64,000 nucleotides of DNA. Source: Gammaproteobacteria bacterium (GTDB lineage: Bacteria; Pseudomonadota; Gammaproteobacteria; Eutrophobiales; Eutrophobiaceae). A program made the translations under genes and the position numbers. The stretch lies in the NCBI GenBank assembly GCA_965116495.1, contig OZ220696.1, positions 4,277,125 to 4,341,124 of the forward strand, given 5' to 3'. The notes under the pieces are model-generated. The model was given only the letters and a program-made list of their open reading frames with translations. It had not been told where the DNA came from and did not search any database. Numbering within the stretch: position 1 is the first letter of the stretch; every line of letters starts with the position of its first letter. Positions 19,416 to 29,344 of this stretch are shown here, piece by piece.

Positions 19416-21083
19416 TCAAATATTGTCCGGGCCCGATTCGCCACCTGTATCATGTTTCCGGATGAGATTGTACGCAGCCTGCCGCGCCTCATCAAGCGTG
19501 TCGACGAGATGACCCTGCGGAACCTGTCCCAGGATATTAAGGGTGCGGAGAGTCTCTTCGATGGTGTCCGAGAGACCCGCCACGAGGATTTCGGTGTGTT
19601 TTTCCGAGGCCGCGCTCAGGAGACTCTCCACGACCATGGCGGCGCTGTCGTCAAGGTACGTGGTTTCAGAGAAATCAAAGATGACGAGCTCATGGTCTTT
19701 GATATCTCCGCCGATTACTTCAACCAGCCTCCTGGAGGATGCAACGGTGAAACTGCCCCTGAGCGCCACCAGGCCGACCCGGGCCGAGTAGGGGTCAGTC
19801 ACGGCCATATCCTTGTATTCCGAGAAAAACGTCCGGTCCAGCAGCGGCACGGAAATCACGCTGTCGAGTTCCAGGGATTCCAACTGTTGTGCGTGCGTCA
19901 TCCCCGCAGCAATAAGGCCTATTGCCACAGCGGTGACCAGGTCGACGAACACGGTCAGGGACAGTGTCAGCAGCATGACGATCAGGTGTTCCGGCCTTAT
20001 GCGGTGGACCAGGGTCAAAATACGCCAGTCAATGATGTCCCAACCAATTTTTACCAGGATACCCGCGAGGACGGCATGGGGAATCGGTTCCACATACTGA
20101 CCCATGCCAAGCAACAACATCAGCAGGAGTACGGAACGCAACGCACCCGATAGGGGAGAATTACCCCCGGCGCGTATGTTGGTTACGGTGCCCATGGTTG
20201 CTCCTGCTCCCGGCAACCCTCCGAACAGGCCCGCAACCATGTTGCCCAGGCCCTGGCCCACCAGTTCCCGGTTCGGTTTATGCTGCTCACCGGTGAGCGA
20301 ATCGGCGATCAGGGAAGTGAGCAGGCTGTCCACGGAACCGAGCAGGGCAAGGATAATTGCAGGCTCCACCGCACTGGCCAGGAAATCGACTGATGGCGCG
20401 GTGAATTGCAATTCCGGCAGTCCCATGGGTATTTGCCCGATAACCGGGGCATCAGTCAGCCACAGCACGCCCAACAATGTGCCGGCGATTAATGACACAA
20501 GGGGAAAGGGTATATACCTGCCCAGCCGGCGCGGCCAGAACGCACCGATGGCCAGACTGACACTGGCGATGACAACAGCGCTGGTATTGATATCAGCCAA
20601 TGCATCGGGCAGGGCGTTCAGCGCGCCCATGGGTCCGTACGGAGAGGTAGGCGCACCCAGGAAAGGCAGAAGCTGTATCAGGATGATAATAATACCGATA
20701 CCGGACATAAACCCGGAGATAACCACGTAAGGGGTATACGCTACGAAACGGCCGAGTTTGGATATACCCAGCAGCACCTGCAGCAGGCCGGCCATGACAA
20801 CCACGACCAGAGCTTCGCCCAGGGTGGACGCATGGGTGGTTACAATGACAGCCATCGCCACCGTCATCGAAGGGGTGGGCCCCGATATCTGTGAACGGGT
20901 GCCACCAAACACCGAGGCAAAAAACCCGACCGCGATGGCGCCGTAAATACCGGCTGCAGCCCCCAGGCCCGACGCCACGCCGAACGCCAGCGCGACCGGC
21001 AGCGCGACAATTGCCGATGTGATACCGCCGATGATATCTCCGCGAAATGCTTGGAAATTGTAGTTCATGGGAGTGGAATCCAT
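19416..21083 (-). CDS. SulP/SLC26 family anion transporter with STAS domain
   Basis: GD..GG.T.AIVALP.ALAFG, ISGPT, N.EL.GQG.GN, STAS YLDDSAA. Confidence 0.93.
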   Translation of the reverse strand: MDSTPMNYNFQAFRGDIIGGITSAIVALPVALAFGVASGLGAAAGIYGAIAVGFFASVFGGTRSQISGPTPSMTVAMAVIVTTHASTLGEALVVVVMAGLLQVLLGISKLGRFVAYTPYVVISGFMSGIGIIIILIQLLPFLGAPTSPYGPMGALNALPDALADINTSAVVIASVSLAIGAFWPRRLGRYIPFPLVSLIAGTLLGVLWLTDAPVIGQIPMGLPELQFTAPSVDFLASAVEPAIILALLGSVDSLLTSLIADSLTGEQHKPNRELVGQGLGNMVAGLFGGLPGAGATMGTVTNIRAGGNSPLSGALRSVLLLMLLLGMGQYVEPIPHAVLAGILVKIGWDIIDWRILTLVHRIRPEHLIVMLLTLSLTVFVDLVTAVAIGLIAAGMTHAQQLESLELDSVISVPLLDRTFFSEYKDMAVTDPYSARVGLVALRGSFTVASSRRLVEVIGGDIKDHELVIFDFSETTYLDDSAAMVVESLLSAASEKHTEILVAGLSDTIEETLRTLNILGQVPQGHLVDTLDEARQAAYNLIRKHDTGGESGPDNI

Positions 21084-21102
21084 TCGAGAAATAAACCTTT
21101 AT

Positions 21103-22632
21103 TTATATCCGTGCGCTTGCTTTGTTTCTGATTATTATTTCCTGCCACTGTGCCGGGCCGGTGTGATGGACGGAATTACCTCCGACGTCCACGGCAACGG
21201 TAACGGGCATGTCCTTTACCTCGAATTCATGGATGGCTTCCATGCCCATCTCAGCGAATGCAACCACCCTGGAACCGGTTATAGCCCTGGATACCAGGTA
21301 GGCGGCGCCGCCGACGGCCGTCAGGTAGACCGCTCCGTGTTTCTTTATGGCTGCCAGTCCTTCCGGGCCGCGTTCCGCCTTGCCGATCATGCCGATCATG
21401 CCTGTTCTCTCCAGCATCAGGTCGGTGAATTTATCCATCCTGGTTGCCGTGGTGGGTCCTGCCGGGCCGACAACTTCATCCCTGACCGCATCGACCGGAC
21501 CCACGTAGTAGATGAAACGATCGGTAAAATCTACCCCCTCCGGGAGCGGTTCCCCCTGCAGCAGCAGGCTGTTCAAACGCTTGTGTGCGGCATCCCTGCC
21601 GGTCAGTAATTTGCCGCTGAGCAGCAGGGTTTCGCCGGGGCGCCAGGCGGCCAGGTCATCCCGGCTGAGCGTGTCCAGGTTGACGCGCCGGGAGCCGGGG
21701 CCGGCTTCCCAGCTTATTTCCGGCCAGTCATCCAGGCTGGGGGGCGTCTGCAGGGCAGGACCGCTGCCGTCCAGGATGAAATGCGTATGACGGGTGGCGG
21801 CACAGTTGGGAATCAGGCCCACGGGCAGGGACGCGGCATGGGTGGGATAATCGATGATCTTCACGTCCAGCACCGTGGTCAGGCCGCCCAGGCCCTGCGC
21901 GCCTATCCCCAGGTCGTTTACCCGGTCGAATATTTCCAGGCGTAATTCCTCCAGTTTCGATTGCGGGCCCCGTTGTTTCAGTTCCTGGATATCTATCGGA
22001 TCCAGCAGCGCCTCCTTTGCCAGCACCACCGCTTTCTCCGCCGTGCCGCCGATACCGATACCCAGGATCCCCGGCGGGCACCAGCCGGCGCCCAGGGTCG
22101 GCACCACGTCCACGACCCAGTCCGAGATACTGTCGCTGGGGTTGAGCATCGCCATTTTAGCCTTGTTTTCGGATCCGCCGCCCTTGGCCGCAAGCTGGAC
22201 CTCTACCTTGTCGCCCGGCACCACCTCCATGTGGATGACCGCCGGCGTGTTATCGCCGGTATTTTTGCGCGAGCCGGCAGGTTCCGCCATAATGGAGGGC
22301 CGCAAAATGTTATCGGGGTGGGTGTAGGCGCGCCTGACGCCTTCATTGACCATATCGGCGACACTCATCCTAGTATCATCCCAGCGCACATCCATGCCGA
22401 TTTTAACGAATACCGTGACAATTCCGGTATCCTGGCAGATTGGCCGGCGCCCTTCCGCGCACATCCTGGAATTGACCAGTATCTGCGCCAGCGCATCCCT
22501 GGCTGCCGGGGATTCTTCCCGCTGCCAGGCAGCGTGTACTGCGGCCACAAAATCCTGCGGGTGGTAGTAGGATATGAACTGCAACGCATCAGCGACGCTG
22601 TCGATCAGGTCATCAGCTTTGATTGTGGTCAT
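21103..22632 (-). CDS. Class I (Fe-S) fumarate hydratase
   Basis: PICQDTG, KGGGSEN, GWCPPG, GRDAAHKR, GPTTATRM, GKAERG. Confidence 0.95.
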   Translation of the reverse strand: MTTIKADDLIDSVADALQFISYYHPQDFVAAVHAAWQREESPAARDALAQILVNSRMCAEGRRPICQDTGIVTVFVKIGMDVRWDDTRMSVADMVNEGVRRAYTHPDNILRPSIMAEPAGSRKNTGDNTPAVIHMEVVPGDKVEVQLAAKGGGSENKAKMAMLNPSDSISDWVVDVVPTLGAGWCPPGILGIGIGGTAEKAVVLAKEALLDPIDIQELKQRGPQSKLEELRLEIFDRVNDLGIGAQGLGGLTTVLDVKIIDYPTHAASLPVGLIPNCAATRHTHFILDGSGPALQTPPSLDDWPEISWEAGPGSRRVNLDTLSRDDLAAWRPGETLLLSGKLLTGRDAAHKRLNSLLLQGEPLPEGVDFTDRFIYYVGPVDAVRDEVVGPAGPTTATRMDKFTDLMLERTGMIGMIGKAERGPEGLAAIKKHGAVYLTAVGGAAYLVSRAITGSRVVAFAEMGMEAIHEFEVKDMPVTVAVDVGGNSVHHTGPAQWQEIIIRNKASARI

Positions 22633-22715
22633 GGAAATACTTCGTTTGCCCGCTCGGGGTATAGTAATAGTATAACGCAAGCCTTGAAGATGCGAGTAGT
22701 CATACGAGTGGTCAT

Positions 22716-24032
22716 ATGCTTCCTCAGGAAATTATCAGAAAGAAACGTAACGGCGAGGCGCTTGATGCGGCTGAGATTCTGTTTTTCGTCGATGGCCTGA
22801 GTGACGGTTCCATCTCGCCTGAGCAGGTTTCGGCGTTGGCCATGGCCGTTTATTTTCAGTCCATGGATGCTGCTGAGACCGCTGAACTGACCCGCGCGAT
22901 GGCGCATTCCGGGAGCATCATTAACTGGGCCGGGGAGGGGATTGCAGGACGGGTGGTCGATAAACATTCGACGGGCGGGGTGGGGGACAAGGTCAGCCTG
23001 GTGCTGGCGCCCATGGTCGCCGCCTGTGGCGCCTATGTGCCGATGGTTTCCGGGCGCGGGCTGGGGCATACCGGCGGCACCCTGGATAAGCTGGACAGCA
23101 TTCCCGGCTATGACAGTGCGCCGGGGTTGGAAACATTCAAACGGGTGGTTGCTTCGGTCGGTTGCGCAATCATCGGCCAGACACCGGAACTGGCGCCGGC
23201 GGACCGGCGCTTTTATGCTATCCGGGACGTGACCGCGACCGTGGAATCCGTACCGTTGATTACCGCATCGATCCTGTCCAAGAAGATGTCCGCCGGTCTT
23301 GCCGGCCTGGTCATGGATATAAAGACCGGCAGCGGCGCGTTCATGCAGACTGAGGAGGATGCACAGGCGTTGGCGGGATCCATAAGGAGTACCGCGACCG
23401 CAGCCGGTTTGCTCGTGCAGGCCGTGATTACCGATATGTCGGAGGTGTTGGGGCACAGCGCCGGCAATGCTCTTGAGGTGCGCGAGACGCTGGAGTATCT
23501 GACTGGCGTACAGCGCGACCCGCGCTTGCATGAGGTGACCCTGGCGCTGGGCGCGGAGATGCTGGTCCTGGCAGGGGTGGAGCAAGACCGTCAGGCGGCG
23601 CGGGACAACTTGCAGGCAAAACTGGATGCAGGGCAGGCTGCCCGGGTGTTTGCCGACATGGCGCGCGCGCTGGGTGGACCGCCTGACCTCATCGAACGCA
23701 TGGATTACTACCTGCCGCCCGCGCCCGTGGTCAAACCGGTGTTTCACAGGCACGAAGGATACGTTGCCGCTATCGACGTGCGCCAGGTGGGTAACCTGGT
23801 GGTTGCCCTGGGCGGTGGCCGGCGCCGGGTTGAAGAGGCCATTGACCAACGCGTTGGTTTGACCGATATCGCCGGTATCGGCGCGCGCATCGACTCACAC
23901 ACGCCCATCGCCATGGTGCATACTCGCGATGAAACTGGCGCTGAACTGGCCCGGGAGGCCTTGGCGCAGGCCTTCGTGCTGGCCGGGGGAAAGCCTTTGT
24001 CCAAACCCGTTGTCAAAAAATATTTTGATTAA
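22716..24032 (+). CDS. deoA: Thymidine phosphorylase
   Basis: MLPQEIIRKKR.G, DKHSTGGVGD, SGRGLGHTGGTLDKL, RDVTATV.S.PLITASILSKK. Confidence 0.95.
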   Translation: MLPQEIIRKKRNGEALDAAEILFFVDGLSDGSISPEQVSALAMAVYFQSMDAAETAELTRAMAHSGSIINWAGEGIAGRVVDKHSTGGVGDKVSLVLAPMVAACGAYVPMVSGRGLGHTGGTLDKLDSIPGYDSAPGLETFKRVVASVGCAIIGQTPELAPADRRFYAIRDVTATVESVPLITASILSKKMSAGLAGLVMDIKTGSGAFMQTEEDAQALAGSIRSTATAAGLLVQAVITDMSEVLGHSAGNALEVRETLEYLTGVQRDPRLHEVTLALGAEMLVLAGVEQDRQAARDNLQAKLDAGQAARVFADMARALGGPPDLIERMDYYLPPAPVVKPVFHRHEGYVAAIDVRQVGNLVVALGGGRRRVEEAIDQRVGLTDIAGIGARIDSHTPIAMVHTRDETGAELAREALAQAFVLAGGKPLSKPVVKKYFD

Positions 24033-24047
24033 ATGATAAAATATTTT

Positions 24048-24076
24048 TTGACTCTATGGTCAGAAATTACTATAAT
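24048..24076 (+). promoter_or_regulatory. Sigma70 promoter overlapped by a RutR box
   Basis: TTGACT-N17-TATAAT; 24048-24063 TTGACTCTATGGTCAG resembles RutR consensus TTGACCANNTGGTCAA. Confidence 0.75.
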
Positions 24077-24231
24077 TACCCAGTCACCGGATTGCCGTGG
24101 CGGTAACCGGCATAATTTTGGAAGTTCTGACAAGTCCGTCCTGGACTTGTCAGGGCGAGACATCCTTGTATCGCAGGAAACTCTGGCTTAATCAGAGTTT
24201 CCTCTTCATAGTCCGTATGGAGGATAGTGAA

Positions 24232-26424
24232 ATGGGTAGCATCAAAATATCACCGGCTGGAAACGGTAGCCGTTTTTCTGTTATCTGCACGTTACTGTCC
24301 GTGGTCATGCTGATACCGGCCAAACCGGCAGTCGCCCAGGACGAGGGTAACGGCGCCGGCGTATTCGAGGAGATCGTGGTCACGGCAAGAAAGCGCGAGG
24401 AAAGCCTGGAGGAAATTCCCGTGGCGCTGACTGCGTTTACCGGTGATGACATCGCCAACCTGAACATGGGTGACCTGTATGACGTCGGCAAGAACGTGCC
24501 CAACCTGTTCATCGGCAATTTCGGCAACGGCAACCAGAACCATACCAGCGTGTTCATGCGCGGCGTCGGCACCCAGGATCACATCATCACAGTCGACTCC
24601 GCCGTAGGGTTGTACCTGGATGGCGTTTACCTGGGGCGGCAGGTAGGTTCGAACCTGGGCCTGTCCAATATCGAACGGGTGGAAGTGGCGCGCGGCCCCC
24701 AGGGTACCTTGCATGGGCGTAACTCCATCGGCGGAGCGATCAACATCATCACTAAAAAACCTGACGGTGAGAATGAGGCCACGGTCACGCTGCAAGGGGG
24801 CACCCGGGCCCGCGGCAAGTTCGACTTCTACGGTTCCACTGCGTTATCCGACCAGGTGGCCGCCTCCGTGACCGGTTTTTACAACCGGCGCAACGGGGTG
24901 GGTGAGTTCATCAACCAGCCGCAGACGGACGTGGAACTGGGTCAGATTCGTGAAGGCGGTGTGCGCGGCATGCTCAACTTTACGCCTTCCGAAGATTTCT
25001 CCCTGCTGTTGACCGCGGATTTCTCCGATGGCTCCCACGGCCAGACCCCCACCTATTTCAATGCGCCGCCGGGGCAGTACCCGAACGGGCTGCCCGGCAG
25101 CCTGTTTGCCGAGGACCCCGATGACAATGCTTCACCCGCGGACAATATCGTCAAGCAAACCAGCCAGGCCTACGGCTTTTCCGCTAGCGCGGACTGGAAC
25201 CTCACGGATGTCTATGCGCTGAAATTCATCGGCAGTTACCGCTTCAGCGACTATACCGGCGGCACCGACCAGCAGGACAGCCTCGGCGCGATCGTCTTCC
25301 CGGAGCGGGGTGAGGCCGACCAGTACTCGGCTGAATTGCAACTCCTTGCCGAGTTCGCCAACTGGAATTTCGTGACCGGCGCGTATTATTTCACCGAGGA
25401 CGGCGAGACGGTATCGCGCCCCTTTGAGTTGTTCCCGCCGTTTGTGACCGACGGTGAGATCAACGTGACCCAGGACGTGGAGAGTTACGCATGGTTCGGC
25501 TCAGTGGACTATTCGGTTACCCCCTCCCTTGCCATCGGTGGCGGCCTGCGCGTCACCCATGACAGCAAGGATGCTACCGGTGTGGCCGCGCTGTTCCAGC
25601 CGGCCATTCCGGTGGCGCGTTCCGAGGACTGGACCGAACTAAGCTGGGATGCTTCTGCGACGTACGCCATCAACGAGGACGTGAATTTTTACGTGGCGTT
25701 CTCCCGCGGCTACCAGAGCGGCGGGTTTCCGGCGCGGCCGTTCGGCGGCGATGCCACCTTCGTCTCCTTTGACCCGCAGTTCGCGCAGAATTATGAGGGT
25801 GGTTTCAAAGGCGTGCTGGCGGACCGGTTGCGCTTCGCCGCGACCGTGTTCTGGACCGATTACACGGACTTGCAATTGCAGACCAACCGCTTCGACCCGG
25901 AGTTCGGATTTCTGACCATTACCGAGAATGCGGGTGAATCCCGTGCCTGGGGCGTGGAGGTCGAGGGTAACTTACAGTTGAATGATTACTTCAGCGTACA
26001 GACTGCGGTGGGCTACCTGGATGCGGAATTTACCGAGGTGGACCCGGCGGTAAGCGGCACCGTCAAGGGCAGCATCCCGCAGTTGACGACGGACTGGACG
26101 TTTTCCATCTCACCGGAGTTGACAATGCCCATGAACGGTGGGGCTACGCTCAGCCTGCGCCTGAATTATAATTACCGGGGCGATATGTATGGCGAGGCGA
26201 ACAACGTGCCGATGAACCGGATTAGCAGCCGCGAACTGCTGGATTTCAATATCCGTTATCAACCGGCAGATCCAAGCTGGCATGTTGTGCTGTACGGTGA
26301 GAACGTCCTGAACGAGGTCTATGACACGGCATCGGGCACCTTCGGCAATCCATTTTCCATTACCTTGCGCAGCAATGACCGGAGTGAGTTCGGGGTGCGG
26401 ATTTCCAAGTCGTTTGGAGGTTAA
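24232..26424 (+). CDS. TonB-dependent receptor
   Basis: Signal peptide, EEIVVTARKREE, IERVEV.RGPQGTL.GRN..GGAINI, beta-barrel ending in F. Confidence 0.93.
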   Translation: MGSIKISPAGNGSRFSVICTLLSVVMLIPAKPAVAQDEGNGAGVFEEIVVTARKREESLEEIPVALTAFTGDDIANLNMGDLYDVGKNVPNLFIGNFGNGNQNHTSVFMRGVGTQDHIITVDSAVGLYLDGVYLGRQVGSNLGLSNIERVEVARGPQGTLHGRNSIGGAINIITKKPDGENEATVTLQGGTRARGKFDFYGSTALSDQVAASVTGFYNRRNGVGEFINQPQTDVELGQIREGGVRGMLNFTPSEDFSLLLTADFSDGSHGQTPTYFNAPPGQYPNGLPGSLFAEDPDDNASPADNIVKQTSQAYGFSASADWNLTDVYALKFIGSYRFSDYTGGTDQQDSLGAIVFPERGEADQYSAELQLLAEFANWNFVTGAYYFTEDGETVSRPFELFPPFVTDGEINVTQDVESYAWFGSVDYSVTPSLAIGGGLRVTHDSKDATGVAALFQPAIPVARSEDWTELSWDASATYAINEDVNFYVAFSRGYQSGGFPARPFGGDATFVSFDPQFAQNYEGGFKGVLADRLRFAATVFWTDYTDLQLQTNRFDPEFGFLTITENAGESRAWGVEVEGNLQLNDYFSVQTAVGYLDAEFTEVDPAVSGTVKGSIPQLTTDWTFSISPELTMPMNGGATLSLRLNYNYRGDMYGEANNVPMNRISSRELLDFNIRYQPADPSWHVVLYGENVLNEVYDTASGTFGNPFSITLRSNDRSEFGVRISKSFGG

Positions 26425-26438
26425 GCGCTGACGCCGGA

Positions 26439-27287
26439 ATGGCTGTCTCGCTCAGAGCAGCCTTGCGTGAACTGTTGGCGGACTGGCGTACTGACCTGCC
26501 TGAGGTATGGTCACAGGTGCTGGAGGGCGTGGAGCCTGCTTTCGATGACGTGGATGCGCGACTGGAATTGCATCCCTGGGAACCCATCTTTCCGTCCCGG
26601 CGTGATTTCGTGCTGCCGGACGAACCCCCTGACGCGCACCTGTTGCGGGCCTTCGACGGTCTGGCGCCGGACGCGGTGCGCTGCGTGGTGATCGGGCAGG
26701 ACCCGTATCCCGGCATCGGCTTTGCTACCGGACGGGCTTTTGAAGCCGGGGGCTATCGCTGCTGGAGTGAGTTGGAAAACATGTGGTCGCACAGCATGAG
26801 AAGCCTGATCCAATCCGTCTACGCGTTCCGTTCCGGCGACCCGGATTATGCCGCGAACATCAACAGGTGGCCGGACGTGCTACAGGCAATCCGCGCACCA
26901 GGCAGCGGCTTCCCACCGCCGCGCCGCTTGGCGCAGGAGTGGGTGGACCAGGGCGTATTATTGCTCAATTCCAGTTTTACCCTTTCCCGCTTCTCCGTGG
27001 CGGGCGACCCCCATCAACTGCGCGGGCACCTGCCGTTGTGGCGGCCCATACTGGCGCGCCTGGTACACTACTTTTTCCGGCGCAACGCCGTGTTCCTGCT
27101 GTTTGGCGAGGTTGCGCTGAACGTAGCCTGTGCCAGTGGTGTAGTGAGGCAGGATGAGGTCGAACAGCATCCGGCCATCGTGGCGGTGCCGCACCCGGCG
27201 GCGGACGACTTTTTACGACATCCCAACCCGTTTGTCGCCTGTAATGAGAAACTGCTTGCCACCGGCGCACGCCCGATAAGCTGGTGA
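26439..27287 (+). CDS. Atypical family-1 uracil-DNA-glycosylase-like protein
   Basis: VVIGQDPY, A.G.AF, W.DQGVLLLN, GH..W, HP, F..CNE.L....PI.W. Confidence 0.8.
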   Translation: MAVSLRAALRELLADWRTDLPEVWSQVLEGVEPAFDDVDARLELHPWEPIFPSRRDFVLPDEPPDAHLLRAFDGLAPDAVRCVVIGQDPYPGIGFATGRAFEAGGYRCWSELENMWSHSMRSLIQSVYAFRSGDPDYAANINRWPDVLQAIRAPGSGFPPPRRLAQEWVDQGVLLLNSSFTLSRFSVAGDPHQLRGHLPLWRPILARLVHYFFRRNAVFLLFGEVALNVACASGVVRQDEVEQHPAIVAVPHPAADDFLRHPNPFVACNEKLLATGARPISW

Positions 27288-27303
27288 GTATGACAGGGGC
27301 AGC

Positions 27304-28938
27304 ATGAACCGGGAATACGACTACATCGTGGTGGGCGCGGGTTCGGCCGGTTGCGTGCTTGCCAACCGGCTCTCGGCCGGCGGGGAGAACCGGGTGCTGT
27401 TGCTGGAGGCCGGCAGCCGGGATACGAACTACCTGTTCCGCTTGCCGATGTTAATGGGCAAGCTGATGCACTCCGGCATCTACAACTGGAACTATCACAC
27501 GGAGCCTGAACCCAATCTTGCCGGCCGTGCAGTGTATTGGCCGCGCGGCAAGGCGCTGGGCGGTAGTTCAACGATCAACGGCATGATTTACGTGCGTGGC
27601 AACCCGGCCGATTACAACGGTTGGGAAGCGCTGGGTTCACCGGGCTGGTCATACGAACAAGTCCTGCCGTATTTCAAACGGTCTGAAGGACACGTGGACC
27701 GGGATGATCCGTATCATGCACACCAGGGTGAGCTGACGGTGCAACGCGCACGCGCGCAGAACCCCATGTTTGATACGTACATCGAAGCGGGCCAGCAGGC
27801 CGGTTATCCGTTCACTGACGATTTCAACGGCGCGCGCCAGGAAGGTTTCGGGCGTTACGACTTTACGATCAGGCACGGCAAACGTTGCAGCGCGGCCACG
27901 GCCTTTCTGGACCCGGCGCGGGAACGCAGCAATCTCACGGTGGTCACCAATGCGCTGGTGCACCGGGTTGTTTTTTCCGGCGCCCGCGCGGTCGGTGTGG
28001 CCTACCGGGTTGGTGGTAAACTCGTCGAGGCCCGGGCGGGGAAGGAGATCATCCTGGCTGCCGGGGTGGTCAATTCTCCGCACTTGCTGATGCTGTCCGG
28101 CATCGGCGACAGCGAGGAACTGGGACGGCACGGCATCCCGCTGGTGCAGCACCTGCCGGGAGTGGGTAAAAACGTGCAGGACCACGTGGATTGCTGCCTG
28201 GTGTATGAGTTCACGCAACCGGTATCGCTGTATAACGATTTGCGCATGGACAAGGTGACGCTGGGTGTGATACAGGCGGCCCTGTTCGGCACGGGGTTCA
28301 TCACTACGTTCCCCTATGAAGCCGGTTCCTTCATCAAATCATCGGCCAGCCTGGAGGTCCCGGATATACAGACGCACTTCATGCCGGCCACGGAAGCGAG
28401 TGCGAACTTGCACTGGTCGTTGCCATTCGTGCGCAAACAGGCAACCGGCGCCAATCACGGTCTGACCATCAGGGTAGGGCCGCTGAACCCCGGTAGCAGG
28501 GGCAGTATCGCGTTGCGTTCCGCCGACCCGTCCGACCCGCCCCTGATCCGCGCCAACTACCTGGCGCACCGGCGTGACGTCGAGACCACCATCGCCGGCG
28601 TGCAACTCCTGCGCGAGGTAGTGGCGCAGCCGGCTTTTGCCGGAGTGAGAGGCCGGGAACTGGCGCCGGGTCCGGCGTATCAAACCGACAAACAACTGGC
28701 GGACTGGCTGGTGGATGCGGCCATGACGACCTTGCACCCGGTCGGTTCCTGTAAAATGGGCTCCGGCGCCGATGCCGTGGTGGATGCACAACTGCGCGTG
28801 CACGGGACCCGGGGATTGCGCGTGGCCGATGCCTCGATCATGCCGGTCATCACGCGCGGCAACACCAACGCCCCGGCTATCATGATCGCGGAGAAGGCCA
28901 GTGATATGATCCTGGATCGCCAACCTGAGGATAACTGA
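27304..28938 (+). CDS. GMC family FAD oxidoreductase (choline dehydrogenase-like)
   Basis: [25 protein letters not shown], catalytic H (HPVGSCKMG) and N (GNTNAP). Confidence 0.93.
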   Translation: MNREYDYIVVGAGSAGCVLANRLSAGGENRVLLLEAGSRDTNYLFRLPMLMGKLMHSGIYNWNYHTEPEPNLAGRAVYWPRGKALGGSSTINGMIYVRGNPADYNGWEALGSPGWSYEQVLPYFKRSEGHVDRDDPYHAHQGELTVQRARAQNPMFDTYIEAGQQAGYPFTDDFNGARQEGFGRYDFTIRHGKRCSAATAFLDPARERSNLTVVTNALVHRVVFSGARAVGVAYRVGGKLVEARAGKEIILAAGVVNSPHLLMLSGIGDSEELGRHGIPLVQHLPGVGKNVQDHVDCCLVYEFTQPVSLYNDLRMDKVTLGVIQAALFGTGFITTFPYEAGSFIKSSASLEVPDIQTHFMPATEASANLHWSLPFVRKQATGANHGLTIRVGPLNPGSRGSIALRSADPSDPPLIRANYLAHRRDVETTIAGVQLLREVVAQPAFAGVRGRELAPGPAYQTDKQLADWLVDAAMTTLHPVGSCKMGSGADAVVDAQLRVHGTRGLRVADASIMPVITRGNTNAPAIMIAEKASDMILDRQPEDN

Positions 28939-28939
28939 C

Positions 28940-29260
28940 ATGATCATCGACCACCGCACCTACACCTTTCGCCCCGGCACTTTGAAACAGTGGCTGGAAA
29001 AGTACCAGACGCAAGGACTGCCGCTGCAAAAAAAGCACCTGGGACAATTCCTGGGGCTGTTCACCACCGAAGTCGGCAACCTGCACCAGGTGGTTTTCAT
29101 GTGGGGATATGAAAGCATGGGAGACCGGGAGCAGCGCCGCGCGGCCATGGACGCCGACCCGGAATGGCAGCGCTTCATCGACGAAATCTGGTCCCTGGGC
29201 ATCATCCAGACACAGGAAATAAAATTTCTTCGCCCGGCTTCGTTTTCTCCCATCAAGTGA
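28940..29260 (+). CDS. NIPSNAP family protein
   Basis: MI.DHRTY...PG, G.F..EVG.L.Q....W.YES..DRE.RRA....DPEW, FSP. Confidence 0.88.
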   Translation: MIIDHRTYTFRPGTLKQWLEKYQTQGLPLQKKHLGQFLGLFTTEVGNLHQVVFMWGYESMGDREQRRAAMDADPEWQRFIDEIWSLGIIQTQEIKFLRPASFSPIK

Positions 29261-29344
29261 TGTGTGAGGGCGTTAATTGGAAAGAGTATTAAGGTAACGA
29301 CGTAATATGGAACATCATCATTTTATTGCCGCGACGGGTTGACA

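Noticed and set aside
19416-19418. SulP TGA as a selenocysteine codon
   Set aside because: It lies in a linker rather than at a Cys-equivalent position, and I could not recognise a SECIS hairpin.
22693-22716. 12-bp tandem CGAGT(A/G)GTCATA before deoA as a RutR site
   Set aside because: Only a TGGTCA half-site in direct orientation; too weak to call.
24080-24230. Riboswitch in the TonB-receptor leader
   Set aside because: No cobalamin, TPP or purine riboswitch consensus recognisable by eye; the RutR box already explains regulation. An Rfam scan would settle it.
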